Assembly (NCBI GenBank): GCA_963827275.1
Contig: CAWHAA010000010.1
Coordinates: 256,001-320,000, forward strand
Source of the DNA: an uncultured Spirochaetota bacterium
GTDB lineage: Bacteria; Spirochaetota; UBA4802; UBA5550
Length of the DNA stretch: 64,000 nucleotides
Direction of reading: 5' to 3'
Shown here piece by piece: positions 1 through 7,914 of the stretch. Each line of letters starts with the position of its first letter. Position 1 is the stretch's first letter. The position numbers and the translations under genes are program-made. Below the pieces are notes generated by a model. The model worked only from the letters and a program-made list of their open reading frames with translations. It was not told the origin of the DNA and searched no databases.

Positions 1-1
1 C

Positions 2-412
2 CTCCGGCTCAGGGAAAACCCTGTCGAGATATTCCAGATGAAAAAGGACCTGTACATGAACTATTCGGTCACCAGGATTGATCCCGAGCACTCGGTGAGG
101 ATAGAAGATTTGCAGAAAAAGATCCAGCCGTGCGGCCTGGCGGTAGCGATGGACGCGAACCGGGAAATGTTCTACAGCATCACCCTGCCCGACGGGAAGC
201 AGTCGGAGCCCTTCTCCAAGCACAGCGTCGTTCAGTTCGTGAAAAAACTCAACGGGGTCCTCGATTCGAAGGACTACCGGCCGTTCGTGACCGCCGTCGA
301 CCTGACACGCCTCCAGCACAAGTATTTCCGCTTCTATTCGTCATATTCCTTCTACGAGAAGATGCGCGCCGAGCTCATGCTCGAGGGCGCGCAGGCGCAG
401 GCGAATAAATAA
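2..412 (+). CDS. Hypothetical protein, probably 5'-truncated by the window edge
   Basis: ORF 38..412; the same frame is open back to position 2 (LRLRENPVEIFQ-M). No family recognised. Confidence 0.6.
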   Translation, partial: LRLRENPVEIFQMKKDLYMNYSVTRIDPEHSVRIEDLQKKIQPCGLAVAMDANREMFYSITLPDGKQSEPFSKHSVVQFVKKLNGVLDSKDYRPFVTAVDLTRLQHKYFRFYSSYSFYEKMRAELMLEGAQAQANK

Positions 413-420
413 CGCCCGCC

Positions 421-840
421 TCAACTCCCCCCCCTCGTCCCCCGCAGGGGGGCACGCGGGATCAAATCATCCATCTCTCAGCGCAATTTCATGCATGATC
501 ATGTCAACGCCCCCCTGTCCCCCGTGGGGGGCACGTGAGATCAAATCATCCATCTCTCAGCGCAATTTCATGCATGATCATGTCAACGCCCCCCTGTCCC
601 CCGTGGGGGGCACGTGACATCAAACCTTTTTTGATAACTCTCTCTTAATCGCATCAAGAACTGAATTAATCTCTTTCATGATTTCATCATTGTCAAATCG
701 TATTGTTTTTAGCCCGAAAGTTTCCATGAAATCATCGCAGTATTCATCATAGTCTGTTCTTACTTTATGTCAATCAGCCCCTTGATTCGTGCCCCCTTCG
801 GGGGACAGGGGGAAATTCATTCATGCCCCCTACGGGGGTC
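421..840. repeat. REP-like cassette 1: three forward palindromic repeats, a DUF559 remnant, and inverted repeats
   Basis: Copies of TCAAC(G/T)CCCCCCTGTCCCCCGN(A/G)GGGGGCACGNG(G/A)GATCA at ~421-464, 504-543 and 583-622. Inverted copy at 783-814, partial at 824-840. Exact 79-bp tandem duplication 460-538/539-617. Confidence 0.9.
620..769 (-). pseudogene. C-terminal remnant of a DUF559 endonuclease paralog
   Basis: Translates as HKVRTDYDEYCDDFMETFGLKTIRFDNDEIMKEINSVLDAIKRELSKKV*. By hand count it is 30/49 identical to the C-terminus of 1529..1891. No start codon. Confidence 0.85.
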
Positions 841-848
841 AAAGTGGA

Positions 849-1472
849 TTACCGGTAGTACCTCTTCTGCTCCCTCACCGTTGATTTCGGGAACCTCCCG
901 TAATGGTGCCCCGGCCATATCACCGTATCGTCCGGCAACACGAGGATTTTATGGAGGATGGAGTGCATGATCTTCTCCATCGACCCGTCACCGAGATCGG
1001 TGCGCCCCATCCCCTCGGTGAACAGGGTGTCGCCGGTGAATATGTGGCCCGGCGCGTACAGGCACACGCTCCCCTCGGAATGGCCCGGCGTATGTATTAT
1101 TTTTAGAGAGCAGCCGCCGAACGTGATGACGTCGCCCTCCTTTACGGTCATTTGCGGCGGGGGCGAGGTCTTGCCTCCCATGGTGCGGGAGAGGAACCTG
1201 CTCGTGAGGCTCCCGAGCTTGCGGACGTCGGTCTCGTGCAGGAGAAGCGGCGCACCGGTCTTTTTCATCCAGTAGTCGTTGCCCGACGTGTGGTCGAAAT
1301 GCCCGTGGGTATTGATGATATATTTTACCGTGACATTGTGCTTCTTTATGGCGCTCTCGATAAGCTGGTGGTCCCCTGCGGGATCGATGAGCACCGCCTC
1401 CCTGGTCGACTCGTCCGCCACCAGGTAGCAGAACACGGCCATCTGCGTTACAAGTATCTGTTCGATTATCAT
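849..1472 (-). CDS. MBL-fold metallo-hydrolase (glyoxalase II-like)
   Basis: THGHFDH, HTPGHS, FTGDTLF, GRTDL and PGH motifs. Confidence 0.9.
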   Translation of the reverse strand: MIIEQILVTQMAVFCYLVADESTREAVLIDPAGDHQLIESAIKKHNVTVKYIINTHGHFDHTSGNDYWMKKTGAPLLLHETDVRKLGSLTSRFLSRTMGGKTSPPPQMTVKEGDVITFGGCSLKIIHTPGHSEGSVCLYAPGHIFTGDTLFTEGMGRTDLGDGSMEKIMHSILHKILVLPDDTVIWPGHHYGRFPKSTVREQKRYYR

Positions 1473-1491
1473 ACTTCAAACCTCTTCATGG

Positions 1492-1991
1492 TCAACTCCC
1501 CCCTGTCCCCCGTAGGGGGCACGCGGGATCACGACTTTTCTAATAACTTGTGCTTGATTGCAACAAGAACTGAATCAATATTTTTCATGATTTTATCATT
1601 ATCAAATCGCATTGTTTGTATCCCGAGACTTTTCAAAAAATCATCGCGGTATTCATCGTAGTCTTTTCTTTCTTTATGGACGTTTCCATCCACCTCAATC
1701 GCCAGGAGCTTTTCATCACAATAAAAATCAAGTATATAGCGATATATCGGATGCTGGCATCTGAATTTATATCCCTCAAGCTGCTTGCTCTTCAACCGCT
1801 CCCATAATAAACGCTCACCGGGAGTTAAATTATTGCGCATATCTCTCGCCAGTTGAATAACATAGTCAGGTGTTTTAATGCCTTGATTCATATTCTTGTT
1901 ACAATCAGCATCCTGATTCGTGCCCCCTGCGGCGATCAGGGGGGAATTCAGCCCCTTGATCCGTGCCCCCTATGGGGGACAGGGGGAAATT
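1492..1991. mobile_element. REP-like cassette 2: intact DUF559 gene bracketed by inverted palindromic repeats (putative autonomous element)
   Basis: Forward repeat 1492-1531, whose GATCA end supplies the gene's TGA stop. Inverted repeats at 1914-1950 and 1957-1991. Mobility is inferred, not shown. Confidence 0.6.
1529..1891 (-). CDS. DUF559 / Vsr-like endonuclease domain protein
   Basis: ARDMRNNLTPGERLLWERLK..LEGYKFRCQHPIYRYILDFYC..KLLAIEVDGNVH..D..RD..L...G..TMRFDN is the typical DUF559 pattern. AT-rich relative to flanking genes. Confidence 0.9.
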   Translation of the reverse strand: MNQGIKTPDYVIQLARDMRNNLTPGERLLWERLKSKQLEGYKFRCQHPIYRYILDFYCDEKLLAIEVDGNVHKERKDYDEYRDDFLKSLGIQTMRFDNDKIMKNIDSVLVAIKHKLLEKS

Positions 1992-2013
1992 AAGGTGAGC
2001 GGGATACAGGCGC

Positions 2014-3033
2014 TCAGCCCACTTCATATATCATGAGCCGCTCTTCCACCCCCGGCCAGGACGGTATCCTCCGTGAGCATATCATCCGCAGCGACTCCAG
2101 CTCCCGGAAAAAATCTTCGTCCGCCGTCGATCCCATGGCGCCGACGAAAACAAGCGTCCTGCCGCCGGCCTCCCGGTAGCGGCGCAGTGCATTTACCGCC
2201 ATCGGGTCATATATCGGGGGCCAGCAGAGGAAGAGCGCCCGTTCCGGGTAGCGTCCTGCCATCGACTCGTCGCCCTCGTGGACCACGGACCAGGTGTCTT
2301 CGAACCACCGGTTTGCCTCCTGCCACTCCCACGGCCGCTCGTCGCCGGGCGGCCGGTTGTCGTAAGCGATGATGTCGGCGCCGGCGTCGCGGAGGCACAT
2401 GGCCCAGTACCCGTTCCCGGCGCCGATCTCCACCAGCGGCGAGCGGCCCGCTATCTCCTCAACCACCTGTATCGTGGGGACAGAAAACGCGTACCTGCAG
2501 ATTAACTCGGCCCTCCTCTCGTTGAGGAGGGCGCCCGGCACGCCGCCGTCCCGCCCTGCGTTCGCGGCAATGAGGGCGAGCACCTCTTCAAGGTACGGGT
2601 TCCTGATGCGCCATTCCCCGTCGGGCGGGACGTACCCCGTTATATCGGTTTCATTATCGGCTCCGGGCGTTGCGCTGCCGGTTTCATGCTGCGCAATCCC
2701 GTAGTCATCGCCGTAGCGGCCCCTGACCATCCCGGCGAGCAGACCCGGGTCCGCGACGATGGCGTCCTTTTCCTTCCTGGTCAGCCCCTGGATGAGGCGC
2801 TCGACCCGCAGCGCATCGCCCCTTCCCCCGGAAAGCCTCCAGCAGCGGGCCATCCGGACCGGCTTGAAGCTCCTGGTGTACCTGGCGCCTGCCGCGCCGC
2901 TCCGGTGCTCTTCATACCGCCGCGCAGGGTCGTCGGTCGAGCCGGTGTAATACGACCCGTTTTCGCATTCGAGCATGTACACGTACAGGTGCCGGGGATG
3001 TATGTTATCGCGGTTCTGGCTCATTGCCGGCAA
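2014..3033 (-). CDS. GIY-YIG (UPF0213-like) nuclease domain fused to a class I SAM-methyltransferase-like domain
   Basis: N-term YVYMLECENGSYYTGST..PARRYEEH..G.GARYTR; C-term LVEIGAGNGYWA..IIAYD..LFLCWPP. Confidence 0.75.
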   Translation of the reverse strand: MPAMSQNRDNIHPRHLYVYMLECENGSYYTGSTDDPARRYEEHRSGAAGARYTRSFKPVRMARCWRLSGGRGDALRVERLIQGLTRKEKDAIVADPGLLAGMVRGRYGDDYGIAQHETGSATPGADNETDITGYVPPDGEWRIRNPYLEEVLALIAANAGRDGGVPGALLNERRAELICRYAFSVPTIQVVEEIAGRSPLVEIGAGNGYWAMCLRDAGADIIAYDNRPPGDERPWEWQEANRWFEDTWSVVHEGDESMAGRYPERALFLCWPPIYDPMAVNALRRYREAGGRTLVFVGAMGSTADEDFFRELESLRMICSRRIPSWPGVEERLMIYEVG

Positions 3034-3051
3034 TCGGGACGAAACCGGGTT

Positions 3052-3915
3052 TCATTTTTTATTCTTTAGCGCATGCATGCTTTCGAAGAGCCAGCGCGGG
3101 TACGTGATCTCCGCATCCGCCGTCTTCTGCGCAAGCAGGAAGATATTGCTCCCGCGGTTCCGGCTGGTCAATAACTGTATGAGTCCCCGATAGCGCTTGA
3201 CGGAAAATCCTTCGATGTTGATCGATCCGGTCACCTTCGTATAGAGCTTCACCACGCGGAACCCCAGGCTCTCGACCAGGTCACGCAGCTCGGCCGGAGT
3301 GTACTCGCGGTTATGGCGCCCGTACGCGCCGTACCCGGAATAATGGTCATGCACGTTCCTGCCGAGGACCAGCTTGAGCACGTTCTCGTAACGGAGCACG
3401 TTGGGGGTGGTGATGATCATGTACCCTCCTTTGTCGAGGAGGCGGTTTATCTGTACAAGTGGATGGACCGGGTCGACCGTAAGGTGCTCGATGATCTCGC
3501 AGAAAAGGACCAGGTCAAAGGACTTCGGCTTGAAGGGAAACTCCTCCTTTTCGACGTTGAAGTGCCTGAAGGAAATGTCATGCCGCACGCCGTATTTCTC
3601 GCTCTGAAGGACTTCATGTGTTGCCACCTTCGCCGTATCCCCGAAATAGTTGGCCATCTCCAGGGCGCAATTGTAATATTTTTTTATAAGCAGACTCATG
3701 AAATAGGGGCTTGCCCCCAGCTCCAGGACCCTGCTTTTTTCGTTTATATTATCAGGGAAAAGCTCCAGGGTTTTCAAAAAACGGTCCAGGGAGAAATTCA
3801 GGTAATTGTTTTGTTCCTCGGGATTGAGCCCGGGCAGCCTGAAGCTCGCCAGGTACTCCATGATCGATCCAACCTTCGCTTTGTCATACTTAACGCCCAC
3901 GCAGTTTGCCTCCAT
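3052..3915 (-). CDS. Class I SAM-dependent methyltransferase
   Basis: VLELGA motif I; FDLVLFCEIIEHL; GGYMIITTPN; H.REYT..EL. Confidence 0.85.
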   Translation of the reverse strand: MEANCVGVKYDKAKVGSIMEYLASFRLPGLNPEEQNNYLNFSLDRFLKTLELFPDNINEKSRVLELGASPYFMSLLIKKYYNCALEMANYFGDTAKVATHEVLQSEKYGVRHDISFRHFNVEKEEFPFKPKSFDLVLFCEIIEHLTVDPVHPLVQINRLLDKGGYMIITTPNVLRYENVLKLVLGRNVHDHYSGYGAYGRHNREYTPAELRDLVESLGFRVVKLYTKVTGSINIEGFSVKRYRGLIQLLTSRNRGSNIFLLAQKTADAEITYPRWLFESMHALKNKK

Positions 3916-4061
3916 GGTGACGCAGGGTCACCCCGTTCTCGAATATAAATCAATACGGAATTGAAAAGGAAAATTTGCAAGTTATTTTCACACTCCCGGG
4001 GAGAGAGGAGGCCTATGTAGTAACCCAACCGGCTAATTTTTACCCGCCGGCTGAAAAACAA

Positions 4062-4090
4062 TTGACGCCATGCAAAAATAACATTATATT
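4062..4090 (+). promoter_or_regulatory. Putative sigma70 promoter
   Basis: TTGACG-N17-TATATT in an AT-rich gap upstream of the GGAGG RBS and the TTG at 4134. Confidence 0.5.
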
Positions 4091-4133
4091 TTAGTAACTA
4101 TTAAATTTATAAATTATAAGGGAGGATACAGCT

Positions 4134-4865
4134 TTGAAATACCTGGTATATATCGCAGCACTCCTGGCCCTCGCCCTTCCCCTCCAGGCAGGGCCCTTCA
4201 TGGACATGGAAGCCGGGCCGGTGTTCACGGGTAGCAACGATGCGCGGATTTCGGGCAAGTTTGGCACGAGGTTTTCACTCCCGGGGACCCTGGGAAACCG
4301 GACCTCTCCTTACATACGAGCTCGCGCCGGGTGGACAATCAAGGACCGTCACACCATCTCGTTCCTCGCCGCGCCGCTGAACGTGGAATACTACGGCACC
4401 TCATCACGGTTCCTTGTATTCAGAAACAGGTTGATCGTTCCGCATGCCCCGGTACAGGCGAATTTCAAATTCAACTCGTGGCGCCTGACCTACCGGTACG
4501 ATATCGTAAAAAATGACACTATCGAATTCGGCCTCGGCCTCACCGGGAAGATACGCGACGCCTATATACGGCTCGACAGCATGGGCGTACGGACCACCCG
4601 GCCGGACCTGGGATTTGTGCCCCTGATCAACATACGGCTGCAATGGATGTTCACGCCGGGCTTCAGCTTTTTGCTGGATGCCGACTGGCTGGCGGCCCCG
4701 CAGGGAAGGGCCGAGGACATTCTCGTGGCCCTGCAGCACCATGTCGGCGACCACGCGGTCTTCAGGGTGGGGTACCGCATCCTCGAGGGAGGGGCGGACA
4801 ACAAAAGCGTGTTCACCTTCTCGCTGTTTCACTACGCGGTCTTCGGTGCAACCATGAAGTTCTGA
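4134..4865 (+). CDS. Secreted protein, probable outer-membrane beta-barrel
   Basis: Signal peptide, alternating amphipathic strands, C-terminal Phe (GATMKF); GGAGG RBS. Confidence 0.65.
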   Translation: MKYLVYIAALLALALPLQAGPFMDMEAGPVFTGSNDARISGKFGTRFSLPGTLGNRTSPYIRARAGWTIKDRHTISFLAAPLNVEYYGTSSRFLVFRNRLIVPHAPVQANFKFNSWRLTYRYDIVKNDTIEFGLGLTGKIRDAYIRLDSMGVRTTRPDLGFVPLINIRLQWMFTPGFSFLLDADWLAAPQGRAEDILVALQHHVGDHAVFRVGYRILEGGADNKSVFTFSLFHYAVFGATMKF

Positions 4866-4893
4866 CAAAGGGGTTGGCGGCTGTGGGAGGTTG

Positions 4894-5280
4894 TCACCTG
4901 CCGCGGCCGCGGTAGCCCCCCTTGATCAGTTCCCGCGCCGCACCGTACAATTCACTCTCTTCGAGGGCCAGGGCCCTGTCGATGCACTGCAGGGCGAGCT
5001 TGTAATCGCCGTTCTTGTAGGCGTATTTCGCCATCAGGTACTGGAGACGATCGAACGCCGGGTCCATGCGCGCGGCCTTCCCGAGGGCCTGGATGGCGTC
5101 CGAAAACTTTTTCTGCCTGGCATACACCCGGGCAAGCGCGATGTAGGCATATATGAAGTGCGGGTTCAGGTCGATGGCCCTGTTCAGGTACGCGAGCGCC
5201 TTGTCGTAATTTCCGAGCTGTACCCACTCCACGCCCATGTCAAAGGAATCATCCGCCTCGATGTCGTCATAGTGCTTCAT
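4894..5280 (-). CDS. Tetratricopeptide repeat protein
   Basis: TPR pattern (LGNYDKALAYLNRAIDLNP...). Start moved to ATG 5280 (GGAG RBS) because the longer ORF runs into repeat DNA. Confidence 0.85.
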   Translation of the reverse strand: MKHYDDIEADDSFDMGVEWVQLGNYDKALAYLNRAIDLNPHFIYAYIALARVYARQKKFSDAIQALGKAARMDPAFDRLQYLMAKYAYKNGDYKLALQCIDRALALEESELYGAARELIKGGYRGRGR

Positions 5281-5320
5281 GGACTTTTCTCCCGTGCGAT
5301 ACACTGCCGCCCTTTTCGTC

Positions 5321-5678
5321 CTCCCCCCTGTCCCCCGTATCAACGCCCCCCTGACCCCCGCAGGGGGCACGAGGGATCAAATCATCCATCTCATAACGTA
5401 ATTGCTCACATCATCATATCAACGCCCCCCTGTCCCCCGCAGGGGACACGAGGGATCATGCTTATACTGATAATTCTTTCTTGATTGCATCAATAACTAA
5501 ATTAATATTATTCATGATTTCATCATTGTCAAATCGCATTGTTTGTATCCCGAGACTTTTCAAAAAATCATCGCGGTATTCATCGTAGTCTTTTCTTTCT
5601 TTATGGACGTTTCCATCCACCTCAATCGCCAGGAGCTTTTCATCACAATAAAATCAAATATATAGGGACAGGGGGGAG
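5321..5678. repeat. REP-like cassette 3: forward repeats, a DUF559 remnant, and a partial inverted repeat
   Basis: Partial copy 5321-5339, full copies 5340-5379 and 5419-5458 separated by a diverged version of the cassette-1 spacer (AATCATCCATCTC...), inverted half GGGACAGGGGGGAG at 5665-5678. Confidence 0.88.
5462..5663 (-). pseudogene. 5'-truncated DUF559 remnant
   Basis: 5529-5653 is identical to 1602-1726 of the intact gene (125 bp). The 3' end differs (DEIMNNINLVIDAIKKELSV*). There is a 1-nt deletion in an A-run and no start. Confidence 0.9.
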
Positions 5679-5782
5679 TATCCCCCATTTCATTATAAAG
5701 GTCAAATGTTTTACTCTGATTTGTATTGACCATCCGTCATCCGTATCACATACTGATCATTAAGACACAGGGAGGGTCGATC

Positions 5783-7282
5783 GTGTTACATCAATACTGG
5801 CACCCGCGCATATGCGCCGTCATCTTTTTTGTCCTCTTCATTTCCGGCTGCGGCCACAGGCCCGAAGACATTGACATTTCGTTCGGGCCTGAAAAGAAGG
5901 CCGCCGATCCCGGTACCGCGCTCATGAAGGGCATTGCACCGGAGAATATCGGATACTTGCTCTACGACCTGGAATCAGGCGAGGCGGTGCGGAGCCACAA
6001 CCGCTCCCGCGCCTTCATCCCCGCCTCCACCACGAAGATCGCCTCCACCGTGGCCGCCCTTGACGTACTGGGCCCCGATTTCCGGTTTACCACCCGCCTC
6101 TGCTACGAGGGATCCGTCAGCAAAGGGGTCCTGAAAGGCGACCTCTATCTCAAGGGCAGCGGGGACCCGCTCCTCACGGTCTCGGACCTGATGGAGATGA
6201 CGGACCGCATGAAGGACAAGGGCATACGTTCTGTCTCAGGGCGCTTCATCTATGACGACGGAGACCTGGGCGGCGCGGAGTGCATCGACAGCGGCATGGA
6301 GCCCGACATGTCGTTCAACCCCGGCGTAAGCGCGCTTTCCCTTGAATACAACGCGGTCACTGCCCAGTGGAAAAGGGACCGGCAGACTCATTCTATCGGG
6401 ATATACTTGACGCCGAGCCTGCCCATAAACAGCGCGTCGCTTTCGGTGGAAAAGCTCGGCGAGAATACCAGGTTCGCGTACCGCGATGACGGAGGCGTGG
6501 AAACCTGGCTCCTGACGCCGGACGAGGACCGGGACGGGAGCGAGCGCCTGCCGGTCAGGAAGCCGTCGCGTTTCACCGCGCACGTGTTCGCGCGCCTGTG
6601 CGCCATCCGGGGCATCACCCTCCCCCGGCCCGTCCCCGGCACGATGCCCAGGAGCGCGGACGAAATCGCCGTGCACCGCGGCCCGGCGCTCACGGAGATC
6701 GCGGACATCACCCTCACCTTCAGCGTCAACCTGGCGGCGGAGCTGATCATGCTCAGGACCGCGAAAGAGCTCACCGGGGCGGTCATGAAACCGATAGAGG
6801 CGGCAGGGCACGTGTCCCGCTACCTTTCAGGCCGCCTGGAAAATGTACCGTGGAAAAATTTTTTCATGGTAAACGGCTCCGGGCTCACGGTGCGCAACCG
6901 GGTGACCCCGGAGCAGATGACCGCCCTCCTGATCTATGCTGACGCACAGAGATACAACGGCATGAGGTACCGGACGCTCATGCCCTCTTCCGGGATCGAG
7001 TGGTCGCTCGTGAACCGGCTCAGCGATCCCCACGCGGCGATGCGCGTGTGGGCGAAGACCGGCACCATCAACTACGCCATCGCCCTGGCGGGGTACCTCT
7101 TCACGGAATCGGGGCGCACCATGGCCTTCGCGATCTTCATCAATGATATGACGGAGCGGGAGCGGTATGATGCCGACCCCGACCGCAGGAGCAGGGAATC
7201 GTCGCGGAGGGTGACCGCGTGGCTCAACAATGCGAAGAACGTCATGGACGCCATCGTCGCTTCATGGATCAGGGAGCTGTAG
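5783..7282 (+). CDS. dacB: D-alanyl-D-alanine carboxypeptidase/endopeptidase (peptidase S13, PBP4-like), probable lipoprotein
   Basis: PASTTK (SxxK), SVN and KTGT motifs; GDLYLKGSGDP; NGSGL; lipobox ISGC; GTG start with GGAGG RBS. Confidence 0.88.
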   Translation: MLHQYWHPRICAVIFFVLFISGCGHRPEDIDISFGPEKKAADPGTALMKGIAPENIGYLLYDLESGEAVRSHNRSRAFIPASTTKIASTVAALDVLGPDFRFTTRLCYEGSVSKGVLKGDLYLKGSGDPLLTVSDLMEMTDRMKDKGIRSVSGRFIYDDGDLGGAECIDSGMEPDMSFNPGVSALSLEYNAVTAQWKRDRQTHSIGIYLTPSLPINSASLSVEKLGENTRFAYRDDGGVETWLLTPDEDRDGSERLPVRKPSRFTAHVFARLCAIRGITLPRPVPGTMPRSADEIAVHRGPALTEIADITLTFSVNLAAELIMLRTAKELTGAVMKPIEAAGHVSRYLSGRLENVPWKNFFMVNGSGLTVRNRVTPEQMTALLIYADAQRYNGMRYRTLMPSSGIEWSLVNRLSDPHAAMRVWAKTGTINYAIALAGYLFTESGRTMAFAIFINDMTERERYDADPDRRSRESSRRVTAWLNNAKNVMDAIVASWIREL

Positions 7283-7313
7283 CGCAGGCCGGACCGGCCT
7301 AGTGGCTGATGCC

Positions 7314-7520
7314 TCAGCCGCCGCCGGCGCCGTGGGAGCATCGGGAGGCGGAAGCGCACCCGGGGGCCGTACCGGAGGATATGGATGAAAACGAGGAGAT
7401 GAGCTTCCTGGTCTTCGTGGAGCCGCACTGCTGGCACGTGACCTGCTGATCGTCCCCCATGCGGCGTATCTCGGAAAATTTCCCGCCGCACTCGTCGCAT
7501 TTGAATTCATATATAGGCAT
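7314..7520 (-). CDS. FmdB-family zinc ribbon protein
   Basis: MPIYEFKCDECG..F...CQQCGS..TRKLIS. Confidence 0.88.
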   Translation of the reverse strand: MPIYEFKCDECGGKFSEIRRMGDDQQVTCQQCGSTKTRKLISSFSSISSGTAPGCASASRCSHGAGGG

Positions 7521-7639
7521 TGAGTGACCTCAATTATTAAGTTATATCTAAAGTACTGAAACCTCTATAAAATGTCAAGGCCATGTGGGAAATCTTTTAT
7601 CAACTTTCCCCTGTTCCCAAAACCATGAGCATGATCACA

Positions 7640-7806
7640 TCAGCTCCCCCCTGTCCCCCGGAGGGGGCACGTGAGATCAAACTTTTTCTAAAAACTCTCT
7701 CTTGCCAGTTTAACAATAAAGTCAGATGTTTTAATGCCTTTGTACATGTGCGCCTGCCATCAGTTCCTCTGACTCGTGCCCCCTCCCGGGGCCAGGGGGG
7801 AATTCA
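7640..7806. mobile_element. REP-like cassette 4: MITE-like, internally deleted DUF559 element
   Basis: Forward repeat 7640-7679, inverted repeat 7770-7806. Between them (minus strand, 7677-7747) a DUF559 N-terminus MYKGIKTSDFIVKLARE is joined out of frame to a C-terminus KREFLEKV*. Confidence 0.75.
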
Positions 7807-7914
7807 ACTCATTGGCCCGCGCCCACTCCGATGTCCTGATGGCATGTTAGCAGAGGGTCAGAGCAAAGTCAGACCGATAGTTATCGGTACTATTGCGGAC
7901 GTGATGGCAGGTGC

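Noticed and set aside
421..622. CRISPR array
   Set aside because: The two spacers are identical, the repeats also occur inverted and dispersed, and no cas genes are present in the window.
5281..5370. N-terminal extension of the TPR ORF
   Set aside because: It runs through repeat DNA; ATG 5280 has an RBS.
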